From: Thermodesulfobacteriota bacterium
GTDB taxonomy: Bacteria > Desulfobacterota > Desulfobulbia > Desulfobulbales > SURF-16
Assembly (NCBI GenBank): GCA_039715015.1
Contig: JBDLIE010000057.1
Coordinates: 1 to 16,706, forward strand
Direction of reading: 5' to 3'
DNA: 16,706 nucleotides
Shown here: positions 1 through 7,941 of the stretch, piece after piece
How positions within the stretch are numbered: position 1 is the stretch's first letter
Layout: each line of letters begins with the position of its first letter
The notes under the pieces: model-generated
Database searches by the model: none
Seen by the model: only the letters and a program-made list of their open reading frames with translations
What the model was told of the DNA's origin: nothing
Translations under genes and position numbers: made by a program

Positions 1-114
1 TCCGTGGTGAACCTTTTTTTATGACAAAAGACTTTATGACTTTGACGCTTTGTGGTTTATGAGGGGCATGCTCGTGTTTGAGCGCCAGATAAATTAAAAA
101 AAGAAAATGAAGAA

Positions 115-1080
115 ATGAGAATATTGTCAGGGATCCAGCCATCTGGAAAACTTCATGTCGGCAATTATTTCGGCATGATGAAGCCGATGATTGAAAATAT
201 GGACCGGGGTGAACTCTACGCTTTCATCGTAAACTTTCATGCACTGACCTCAGTGCAGGATAAAGAGGCCTTGCAGCGTGACACCCTGGAGGCTGCTGCT
301 GATTTTTTAGCCCTGGGGCTTGATCCGGAGCGTTGTGTTTTCTGGGCGCAGTCTGATGTGCCGGAGGTAACAGAACTGATGTGGTATCTTTCCTCTCTGA
401 CCCCCATGGGTCTTTTGGAACGATGCCACTCTTATAAGGATAAGGTGGCCAAAGGGATAGCCGCTTCCCATGGTCTTTTCGCCTATCCAGTTCTCATGGC
501 AGCAGATATTCTTCTTTTCCAGGCCGAGATTGTGCCGGTGGGCAAGGACCAGAAACAGCATCTTGAGGTAGCGCGCGATATTGCCATCAAGTTCAATAAT
601 ACCTTTGGCGACACCTTTGTGGTGCCGGAACCGCAGATTTCTGAGACCCTGGCTACGGTACCTGGTACTGACGGTCAGAAGATGTCCAAGTCCTATGGCA
701 ATACCATTGGTATTTTTCTAAGTCAGAAAGAGCTGAAAAAAAGTGTCATGTCCATTGTTACAGATTCGGCTCCGGTTGAAGAACCCAAAGATCCTGACAA
801 GTGCAATTTGTATAATATTTTTAAACTCTTTGCCCCGGCGGAGCGACTTGCTGAGGTCCATGACCTCTATGTGAATGGCGGCGCTGCCTACGGCTACCTG
901 AAACTTGAGTTGGTTGATATACTCTGGGAATGTTTCCGAGAGGCACGCGAAAAGAGGGAGGCCTTTGTTGCCGACCCTGGCTACCTCCGAGATGTTCTTG
1001 CCCGCGGAGCGGTAAGGGCTCGCGATAAGGCGAGCTCGACCCTTGAGCTGGTTCGCGAGCGTATTGGTATGCGCTACTGA
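115..1080 (+). CDS. trpS: Tryptophan--tRNA ligase
   Basis: 321 aa. N-terminal SGIQPSGKLHVGNY (HIGH motif), YPVLMAADIL, VPVGKDQKQH and KMSKS are class Ic TrpRS signatures. Confidence 0.97.
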   Translation: MRILSGIQPSGKLHVGNYFGMMKPMIENMDRGELYAFIVNFHALTSVQDKEALQRDTLEAAADFLALGLDPERCVFWAQSDVPEVTELMWYLSSLTPMGLLERCHSYKDKVAKGIAASHGLFAYPVLMAADILLFQAEIVPVGKDQKQHLEVARDIAIKFNNTFGDTFVVPEPQISETLATVPGTDGQKMSKSYGNTIGIFLSQKELKKSVMSIVTDSAPVEEPKDPDKCNLYNIFKLFAPAERLAEVHDLYVNGGAAYGYLKLELVDILWECFREAREKREAFVADPGYLRDVLARGAVRARDKASSTLELVRERIGMRY

Positions 1081-1109
1081 TATAAACAGTTGATTCTTTG
1101 TTTTCTGTC

Positions 1110-1142
1110 TGCCGTCTCCTTTATTGGGGGCGGCATTTTTTT
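1110..1142 (+). terminator. Rho-independent terminator after trpS
   Basis: Stem TGCCGTCTCC / GGGGGCGGCA (with G-U pairs), loop TTTATT, followed by T7. Confidence 0.85.
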
Positions 1143-1320
1143 CGTCATTATTTTGACCATTTGATGGTGGCGCATAACTATTAACAGAAAGAAAAGCTGT
1201 TTTAGAGCGGTGTTCAAGGGTGTTTTGTGTGAGTTTTTTTAAAAAAAAGGGCTGTTTTTTCAACATGTTAGTCTTTCTGTAGACACGCTGGAAGTTTGTT
1301 TTAGCGAATTTTGCACGCTA

Positions 1321-1336
1321 TGGCATGAAAATAGCT
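1321..1336 (+). promoter_or_regulatory. Sigma54 (RpoN) -24/-12 promoter upstream of the GGDEF gene
   Basis: TGGCATGAAAATAGCT has GG-N10-GC spacing and closely matches the consensus TGGCACG-N4-TTGCW. It sits in a 260-bp intergenic region with room for an upstream enhancer. Confidence 0.72.
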
Positions 1337-1394
1337 AAGTATGAGTATGCGTCAATTCTCTGAACCGATGAGAATGCCAATAAGGAATGCGCTT

Positions 1395-2423
1395 ATGGAA
1401 GAACAAACTGCTTATAAAAACGATAAAGAATCTGAGAATAGGCAACGGCCCCTTGATGAGCTGCTGATGGAATTGCAGCAGCTCAAGGAAGAGACGGCCC
1501 GTTTAGCTGTTCTTAACGACCTCCATGCAAGACTTGCCAGTGCCGTTGATTTACCCAGCATGATTGATGCCTTTTCTGTCTGGCTCATGCCCCGGCTTCC
1601 CCATGAACTGATGGCCTTTGATGCGCCGGACCATAATTGCCGCCATCTCTGCTGTTCCTGTCATGGCCCGGAAAGACAACATGTTGTCGGCCTGGCCGAC
1701 AGGCTTTTTGATGAAGCCCAGCGACTGACGGTTTTAAAAAAATGGAAGGAGGGAGATTTTTTCGTCCACAACTGGCCCCTGGATTTCGATGGCGCCAGTG
1801 GTATCATTTTAGTACTGCGCAAAGGCCAACGTCTCACTACCTCTGAAGAAGAAATAGTCGGTGAGGCCCTGGAGGTTCTCTGTGAACCACTGCAAAGAGC
1901 AGTTGCCTATGAAGATGTCTTCAAGCAGGCCAAATGTGACGCCCTGACCGGTCTGGCAAATCGACGTGTTTTTAACGATCGCCTGGGTCCCCTTATCGAC
2001 AGCGCCAGAAGACATGGTCACCCACTGACCTTGGTCAGCATGGATCTTGATCATTTTAAACAGGTTAATGATAATCTTGGCCATGCCACAGGGGATGGTG
2101 TCCTTAAGACTGTTGCCACAACCTTTTCTTCCATGATTCGTTCCTCAGATATTCTCGTAAGGATGGGAGGAGACGAGTTTATGCTCGTTTTACCTGACAC
2201 TGATCTTGATTCTGCTCGTGTATTGGCAGAACGCCTCTGTAAGGCTGTGGATAATCTCGACATCTATTCCACCGATGACTTGAAACTGGGGGTGAGCATT
2301 GGCCTGAAACAGTGGCAAGCTGATATGAGCGAGGCCGAGTGGCTGGAGAAGGTGGATGAACTGCTCTATAAGGCAAAGGGACATGGTCGCAACCAGGTTT
2401 ATGGCGGTGATGATGTGGATTGA
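1395..2423 (+). CDS. GGDEF diguanylate cyclase with N-terminal coiled coil and GAF-like sensor region
   Basis: DALTGLANRR, MDLDHFKQVNDNLGHATGD, intact GGDEF with RxxD I-site (RSSD-ILVRM-GGDEF), LYKAKGHGRNQV. The ORF is open from 1341. ATG 1395 is preferred because it has an AAGGA RBS at 1382-1386 and lies downstream of the predicted sigma54 start. Confidence 0.93.
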   Translation: MEEQTAYKNDKESENRQRPLDELLMELQQLKEETARLAVLNDLHARLASAVDLPSMIDAFSVWLMPRLPHELMAFDAPDHNCRHLCCSCHGPERQHVVGLADRLFDEAQRLTVLKKWKEGDFFVHNWPLDFDGASGIILVLRKGQRLTTSEEEIVGEALEVLCEPLQRAVAYEDVFKQAKCDALTGLANRRVFNDRLGPLIDSARRHGHPLTLVSMDLDHFKQVNDNLGHATGDGVLKTVATTFSSMIRSSDILVRMGGDEFMLVLPDTDLDSARVLAERLCKAVDNLDIYSTDDLKLGVSIGLKQWQADMSEAEWLEKVDELLYKAKGHGRNQVYGGDDVD

Positions 2424-2450
2424 AAAAAGTCTGGATTTCTTGAGTGTTTT

Positions 2451-2489
2451 TAGGGGAAGATGGGCTAGATCATCTTCCCCTATTTTTTT
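2451..2489 (+). terminator. Rho-independent terminator after the GGDEF gene
   Basis: Perfect 12-bp stem TAGGGGAAGATG / CATCTTCCCCTA followed by T7. Confidence 0.88.
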
Positions 2490-2510
2490 CTGGCATGTCG
2501 AGGTGTTGTT

Positions 2511-3680
2511 ATGCGCATAAAGGTAATAAATAAAATTGCCCAAGAGGGACTTAATCTTTTTTCGGAAAACTACACGGTTGGCTCGGCTGTTGAAGACCCG
2601 GAGGGCATTGTTGTCCGAAGTTCGCAGGTTGATGTAGATGACTATCCCTCTCTGCTTGCCGTGGCCAGGGCTGGAGCCGGTGTCAACAATATTACGGTGG
2701 CCAGGGCCACCGAGCTGGGCATATGTGTTTTTAACACACCTGGGGCCAATGCCAATGCCGTGGCAGAACTTGTAATGGTCATGGCTGGCATGGGGGCACG
2801 TAATATTGTGCAGGCAATCCAGTTTTGCCAAGGCCTGGCCGGCATGTCTGAGAATGAGATTCAGGGTGAAGTGGAAGGGCGTAAGAGTGATTTTCGCGGC
2901 ATGGAGTTGGCCGGTAAAACTTTAGGGGTGCTGGGCCTTGGTCAGATTGGCGTTCTTGTCGCCAATAAGGGCGTCAGGCAGCAGATGCGGACCATGGCCT
3001 ATGATCCGTCCCCTGCCTTGGAAAATATCCACCGTCTTTCAGCTCAGGTCAGCCTCTCCCGTTCTCTGTCAACACTTCTGGCCGCTGCTCATGTTTTAAC
3101 TGTGCATGTTCCCCTGACTGACAAGACGAGGGGCATAGTCGACAGCACGCTTCTTGCTCAGCTTCCTGATGGCGCCATGCTCATTAATTACTCCCGAGGT
3201 GCGGTGGTGGTGGAAGAGGATGTCCGAGATGCCCTGGACTCCGGGAAGTTATCGCTCTATATTACTGATTTTCCTTCAGTAGAACTCCTGGGACACCCTT
3301 TGGTTCTCTCCACCCCGCATTTAGGGGCATCAACCGAAGAATCAGAAGAACAATGCGCGTCAATGGCGGTAACAGAGCTTGTCGACTATCTTCAGTTTGG
3401 CTCCGTGGTCCGCAGTGTCAATTTCCCAACTGTTGAGTCGATTCCGGGTGGCCAGGTCCATAGCCGGTTGATTATGATTAATCGGGACACCCCAGGGATG
3501 ATTGGTTTTGCTTCACAGACTTTGGGCAATGACGGTATTAATATCGCCAGCTATCTAAATGAGAGTAATGGCGTTATTGGCTATAATATCATTGATTTAG
3601 AGTCGCCGGTTTCTGCCGAAACACTGGCGAAGATCCAAAGTCATGACGATGTGATTCGCTTGCGTACCATTGCCTTTTGA
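2511..3680 (+). CDS. serA: D-3-phosphoglycerate dehydrogenase (D-2-hydroxyacid dehydrogenase family) with C-terminal ACT domain
   Basis: ARAGAGVNNI, NTPGANANAVAE, Rossmann GLGQIG, HVPLT, INYSRG, TPHLGASTEE and a C-terminal ACT-like segment (NRDTPGMIG...). GAGGTG RBS upstream. Confidence 0.85.
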   Translation: MRIKVINKIAQEGLNLFSENYTVGSAVEDPEGIVVRSSQVDVDDYPSLLAVARAGAGVNNITVARATELGICVFNTPGANANAVAELVMVMAGMGARNIVQAIQFCQGLAGMSENEIQGEVEGRKSDFRGMELAGKTLGVLGLGQIGVLVANKGVRQQMRTMAYDPSPALENIHRLSAQVSLSRSLSTLLAAAHVLTVHVPLTDKTRGIVDSTLLAQLPDGAMLINYSRGAVVVEEDVRDALDSGKLSLYITDFPSVELLGHPLVLSTPHLGASTEESEEQCASMAVTELVDYLQFGSVVRSVNFPTVESIPGGQVHSRLIMINRDTPGMIGFASQTLGNDGINIASYLNESNGVIGYNIIDLESPVSAETLAKIQSHDDVIRLRTIAF

Positions 3681-3739
3681 GTGTCTCGTCTTCCCACGCC
3701 GCTCTTCTTTGATGTCTCTTTCGAGAAAATAGTCAATAT

Positions 3740-3769
3740 CTTGACAACGCCTTTCTGCGTTCTTACCTG
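3740..3769 (+). promoter_or_regulatory. Putative clpB promoter (RpoH-like or sigma70-like)
   Basis: CTTGACA at 3740-3746 and CTTACCT at 3762-3768. This resembles an RpoH-type CTTG-N17/18-CYTATNT. Read as sigma70, it is a perfect TTGACA with a weak -10. Confidence 0.4.
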
Positions 3770-3892
3770 TGTTAATACTCTCTTCTTCCAAGCACTTATG
3801 CGTCCGTGCTTATTGCCTCATCAAGGCAGGAGATCAAACCAACAGTAGGCATGAGATTAATTTCCTTAAGATAAGGAGCAGCGGAGATTGTT

Positions 3893-6484
3893 ATGCAACT
3901 TGACAAGTTCACCTTGAAGTCCCAAGAGGCCCTGCAGGGGGCAGGCCAGCTTGCGGCCACCATAGGGCATCAGGAGATTGTGCCCGAGCATGTCTTTAAA
4001 ATTATTCTTGAGCAAAAGGATGGCCTGCTCAGGCCGGTTATCCAGAAGATTGGCTGTGATCTTGCTGCCATTATTGCTGGAACTGAAGAACTCATTGGCA
4101 AAATACCCAAGGTGAGCGGGGCCGGATTTGGCCAGGTCCATGGCTCGGTCCGGCTGGGCAAGATTCTCGACCAGGCCCTGACAGAGGCTGAGAGTATGCA
4201 TGATGAGTATGTCAGCCTTGAACATCTGGTTTTGGCCATGCTCGCTGAAAACAACTCCGGTCTTGCTAAGATGTGTTCGGTAAATGGCATTACGAGAGAT
4301 ACCTTTTTTAAGGCCCTGGTGGATATCCGCGGCAGCCAACGGGTAACTGACCAGAATCCTGAGGAGAAATATCAGGCCCTTGAAAAATATTCTACCAACC
4401 TTACTGATCTTGCCAGGCGGGGAAAGCTTGATCCCGTTATTGGCAGGGATGATGAGGTGCGAAGGGTGGTACAGGTCTTAAGCCGCCGAACCAAAAATAA
4501 TCCGGTGTTAATCGGTGAGCCGGGTGTAGGTAAAACAGCCATTGTCGAGGGGCTGGCCCAGCGTATCGTCATGGGGGACATCCCTGACACCCTTCGTAAT
4601 AAGGAGGTGGTGGCCCTGGATCTCGGCGCCTTGATCGCCGGAGCAAAGTATCGGGGCGAGTTTGAAGATCGCTTAAAGGCGGTTTTAAAGGAGGTGGAAG
4701 AACGGCAAGGCGAGATCATCCTTTTTATTGATGAGATCCACACCCTTGTGGGCGCTGGCGCCTCTGAAGGGGCCATGGATGCCTCCAATATGCTTAAGCC
4801 TGCATTGGCCCGCGGCGAGCTCCACTGTGTGGGCGCAACTACTCTTAATGAATACCGGACAATTGAAAAGGATTCAGCTCTGGAACGCCGTTTCCAGAAG
4901 GTCCTCGTTTTGGAACCCTCTGTGGAGGATTCCATCGCTATTTTGCGTGGCATCAAGGAGAAGTATGAGGTGCATCATGGCGTGCGTATTCAAGATGTCG
5001 CCACGGTGGCGGCGGTTACACTTTCAAAGCGCTATATAACCGACCGGTTTTTACCTGACAAGGCTATTGATCTTATTGATGAGGCAGCTTCGCTCATCCG
5101 CATTGAGATTGACTCCATGCCCACGGAAATTGACGAGGTGGAGAGAAGGCGGATTAAACTTGAGATTGAACGGGAGGCCCTGAAAAAGGAAAAGGACGCA
5201 GCCTCCAGGCAACGCCTGGAAAAGCTGGAGGAGGAGCTTGCCAATGTAAATGAACAGCTCAACTCCATGAAGAGTCATTGGCAGCTTGAGCATGATATCA
5301 TCGATAATATCCGTAAGATAAAGAGCGATATTGACGAGGCCAAAGTCCAGGAACAGCAGGCCGAACGCATGCAGGACTTAAGTAAGGTGGCTGAGATCCG
5401 TCATGGTCTGTTAGTTGAGCTTAATAAAAAACTTGAAGAACAAAATGAGAAACTCCTAGGCATCCAGGCAGACAGACAGATGCTCAAAGAAGAGGTGGCA
5501 GAAGAGGACATTGCCGCAGTGGTGGCGCGCTGGACCGGTATTCCTGTAGACAAGTTGTTGGAGGGCGAGAAAGAACGCCTGGTGGGGGCGGAAGCCCAAT
5601 TGGGCAAGCGGGTCATCGGTCAGGGCCGGGCTATTGCCGCAGTGGCCAATGCCGTGCGCCGGGCCCGGGCAGGTCTTCAGGACCCAAACCGGCCCCTTGG
5701 TTCTTTTATTTTTCTTGGCCCCACTGGCGTGGGCAAGACCGAGCTTGGCCGCGCCCTGGCCGAGTTCCTTTTTGACAGTGAGCAGGCCATGGTTCGCCTG
5801 GATATGTCGGAATTTATGGAAAAACATTCCGTAGCCCGTCTGATCGGAGCTCCTCCCGGCTATGTCGGCTATGAACAGGGGGGCTATCTCACCGAAGCCG
5901 TTCGCCGCAAACCATACTCGGTAATTCTTTTTGATGAGATTGAAAAAGCCCATCCTGACGTTTTTAACGTTTTGCTGCAAATTCTTGATGATGGCCGGAT
6001 GACCGATGGCCAGGGCAGGACAGTGGATTTTAAGAATTGTATTTTGATTATGACCTCCAACCTCGGCAGCCAGATTATTATGGAGCATGGTACGGGTGAT
6101 CCCCAGAGAATGGAAAAGGAGCTTACCGACATCCTTAAGCATAGCTTTAAACCGGAGTTTTTAAACCGGGTGGACGATACTATCACCTTCCATGCCTTAA
6201 ACAGAGATGAACTCCGGAGGATTGTCGACATTCAACTCGATTATTTAAAGACCAGGATGGCGGAGCAGGGTTACAGCTTGGAGTTGACGGAAAAGGCCAG
6301 ACAATTTATTGTTGATGTCGGTTATGATCCTATATTTGGGGCGCGTCCCTTGAAAAGGGCAATCCAGAAATATATTCAAGACCAGTTGGCCATGGAAATC
6401 CTTGCCGGCCATTTTGTCAGTAATGATACCGTTGTGGTGGATCATCCACCGGAACAGGATGGCCTCAGTTTTACCGTTAAGTAA
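3893..6484 (+). CDS. clpB: ATP-dependent disaggregase chaperone ClpB
   Basis: 863 aa. N-terminal Clp repeats, NBD1 Walker A GEPGVGKT, long coiled-coil middle domain, NBD2 Walker [13 protein letters not shown] pore loop and GARPLKR. Confidence 0.97.
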   Translation: MQLDKFTLKSQEALQGAGQLAATIGHQEIVPEHVFKIILEQKDGLLRPVIQKIGCDLAAIIAGTEELIGKIPKVSGAGFGQVHGSVRLGKILDQALTEAESMHDEYVSLEHLVLAMLAENNSGLAKMCSVNGITRDTFFKALVDIRGSQRVTDQNPEEKYQALEKYSTNLTDLARRGKLDPVIGRDDEVRRVVQVLSRRTKNNPVLIGEPGVGKTAIVEGLAQRIVMGDIPDTLRNKEVVALDLGALIAGAKYRGEFEDRLKAVLKEVEERQGEIILFIDEIHTLVGAGASEGAMDASNMLKPALARGELHCVGATTLNEYRTIEKDSALERRFQKVLVLEPSVEDSIAILRGIKEKYEVHHGVRIQDVATVAAVTLSKRYITDRFLPDKAIDLIDEAASLIRIEIDSMPTEIDEVERRRIKLEIEREALKKEKDAASRQRLEKLEEELANVNEQLNSMKSHWQLEHDIIDNIRKIKSDIDEAKVQEQQAERMQDLSKVAEIRHGLLVELNKKLEEQNEKLLGIQADRQMLKEEVAEEDIAAVVARWTGIPVDKLLEGEKERLVGAEAQLGKRVIGQGRAIAAVANAVRRARAGLQDPNRPLGSFIFLGPTGVGKTELGRALAEFLFDSEQAMVRLDMSEFMEKHSVARLIGAPPGYVGYEQGGYLTEAVRRKPYSVILFDEIEKAHPDVFNVLLQILDDGRMTDGQGRTVDFKNCILIMTSNLGSQIIMEHGTGDPQRMEKELTDILKHSFKPEFLNRVDDTITFHALNRDELRRIVDIQLDYLKTRMAEQGYSLELTEKARQFIVDVGYDPIFGARPLKRAIQKYIQDQLAMEILAGHFVSNDTVVVDHPPEQDGLSFTVK

Positions 6485-6536
6485 TGAAGAAAGGAAAGCT
6501 CCGGCTCTCCATGCAGGGAAAAATATGGAGCCGGAT

Positions 6537-7049
6537 ATGAAATCCTCTCTTGAAGAGACAGTTGCCCTTGTGGTGGATCGGGTCGCAAACTGCTACGAAA
6601 AGCATGATCTCTGCTGCTCTGGCTCAATAATGTACGTGCTGAGCCAGGCCATTACTGGAAGCGGCCTCAGTGGACGCGATGCGGTGCAGCTTGGCAGCGG
6701 TTATTGCCACGGAATGGGAGGCGCAGGATGTAGTTGCGGAGCCTTGACAGGATCGATTGCCATCCTCTCCTACTTTCTTGGTCCCTACGGAACGGACGGC
6801 TTGAAGGGGAAGAAATTTCGGAGATGTATTAAAGAAATGCACGATCAGTTTCGTGACCGTTTCAAGTCCACCTGCTGTCGTATACTTTCCAAGAAGCCGA
6901 AGGGAGAGAATGAACAGCGCCGTTTTAGCTGCAAGGAACTGACAGAGGGAGGTGCTGAAATTGCAACCCATCTTCTCCTGAAGGCCCGTCCTGAACTGAT
7001 TGGTAGATTTGACCTGGAGTTTCTGCAGAGCAGGCAATTGTCACTATGA
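6537..7049 (+). CDS. C-GCAxxG-C-C family putative redox-active protein
   Basis: Cys pattern LCCSGS...GYCHGMGGAGCSCGALTG...KSTCCRIL...SCKELT. Start 6537 has a GGAG RBS 6 nt upstream (alternative 6525). The ORF-track start at 6402 overlaps clpB. Confidence 0.85.
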   Translation: MKSSLEETVALVVDRVANCYEKHDLCCSGSIMYVLSQAITGSGLSGRDAVQLGSGYCHGMGGAGCSCGALTGSIAILSYFLGPYGTDGLKGKKFRRCIKEMHDQFRDRFKSTCCRILSKKPKGENEQRRFSCKELTEGGAEIATHLLLKARPELIGRFDLEFLQSRQLSL

Positions 7050-7062
7050 GCGCTACTTTCCC

Positions 7063-7698
7063 TTAGCCGTCATCGCCCTCTTCGTCAACCTTGCGCATCC
7101 CCTCCATAAGAATCATCATGAAGTTGCCCAGCTGATCCCTGTCGCTGTCCTCATCCGCAAGCCCTTCTTCAAAATGAAAGGAGCCATTTTTTTCAGCAAG
7201 CATGGCAAAGATTGCCGGCAGTCCTTTGGTCAGCTGATAGCTGGCCCGGATAAATTCACCGCCACGAAAAACGGCAAAGGCCGGTCCTTCCGAAAATTCA
7301 AAACGAACAATGCCGTTTTTTTCACTCAAGTTGAGAGCCTGGAAAACTTCGGTGGTGGAAAAAGTGTTGAGGTTGCCGTGCATACCGGAATTAAGTGATT
7401 CCTTGTTGTCTTCTTCAGCGGAGGAGGTGGTGGCTTTGGAGGTGAAAGGCTCATCTGTGAGCTTGAATTTGATAAGCCCCGTGCAACCGCCGCAGCCATG
7501 AAGGATGGACGGATCAGGTGGTTCTTTGCCCAGAAGCTTGAAAAGAAGCTGAGTTAGTTCGCGGATTAAAATAAAGCAGGCAGGCTTGCCTTCGGGAAAT
7601 TCGACGGCATTATTTTTTAAAAGGAGTAGGTCTTCCTTTTCGTAAAGAGGGCAGTTGAGCTCATCAACAATCTTGAAAACGGTTGTGAAAGAATCCAT
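7063..7698 (-). CDS. DUF4388 (PATAN-like) domain protein with N-terminal 4-Cys domain
   Basis: C-terminal half GMHGNLNTFSTTEVFQAL...FRGGEFIRA...GSFHF...ILMEGMRKVDE fits the DUF4388 pattern. The N-terminal half has C16 (CPLY), C41 and C69xxC72. Confidence 0.78.
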   Translation of the reverse strand: MDSFTTVFKIVDELNCPLYEKEDLLLLKNNAVEFPEGKPACFILIRELTQLLFKLLGKEPPDPSILHGCGGCTGLIKFKLTDEPFTSKATTSSAEEDNKESLNSGMHGNLNTFSTTEVFQALNLSEKNGIVRFEFSEGPAFAVFRGGEFIRASYQLTKGLPAIFAMLAEKNGSFHFEEGLADEDSDRDQLGNFMMILMEGMRKVDEEGDDG

Positions 7699-7941
7699 AT
7701 AAATTAGTCAGTTGGGGTAATCTGTAGTATGAGAATGTATGCAGCAGACATTATTGAAGTAATAGAAAAAAATTACACTTTTACTAAGGCTGTTTATACT
7801 CTATAACTTTAATTAAATAATTTATTTTAAGAATTTTCTCTCTGTTTAGGGTAATTTTTAGGAGTAGGGGAGAGTTGACGATCACCTTTTTCTATAGTCA
7901 CCCCCTAATCTGTGAGTAACAACGCAAAAGTTTATTAAATT

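Noticed and set aside
2491..2507. Second sigma54 promoter (TGGCATG...) upstream of serA
   Set aside because: There is no GC at the -12 position, and the site overlaps the RBS.
718..2831. Antisense ORFs 718-1266 and 2190-2831
   Set aside because: They overlap trpS, the GGDEF gene and serA on the opposite strand, cross terminators, and have non-protein-like composition.
3772..3811. CIRCE (HrcA operator) upstream of clpB
   Set aside because: TTAATACTC resembles a left half-site but has no matching right half 9 nt later. The AGCAC/GTGCT repeat has 10-nt spacing rather than the 13 nt of CIRCE.
3866..6445. Multiple long antisense ORFs over clpB (e.g. 3866-4339, 4372-4956, 5456-6142)
   Set aside because: These are shadow ORFs of a conserved gene with no recognisable motifs.
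6402..6536. N-terminal extension of the C-GCAxxG-C-C ORF overlapping clpB
   Set aside because: It would overlap clpB by 83 nt, and a better start with an RBS exists at 6537.
7000..7398. 132-aa plus-strand ORF
   Set aside because: It is antisense to the DUF4388 gene, which has clear family motifs.
7875..7898. Sigma70 promoter TTGACG...TATAGT
   Set aside because: The spacer is only 12 nt.
7840..7935. c-di-GMP-I riboswitch (ACGCAAAAG resembles part of the GEMM motif)
   Set aside because: The GGCAAAC/GNRA stem and second hairpin of the motif are absent.
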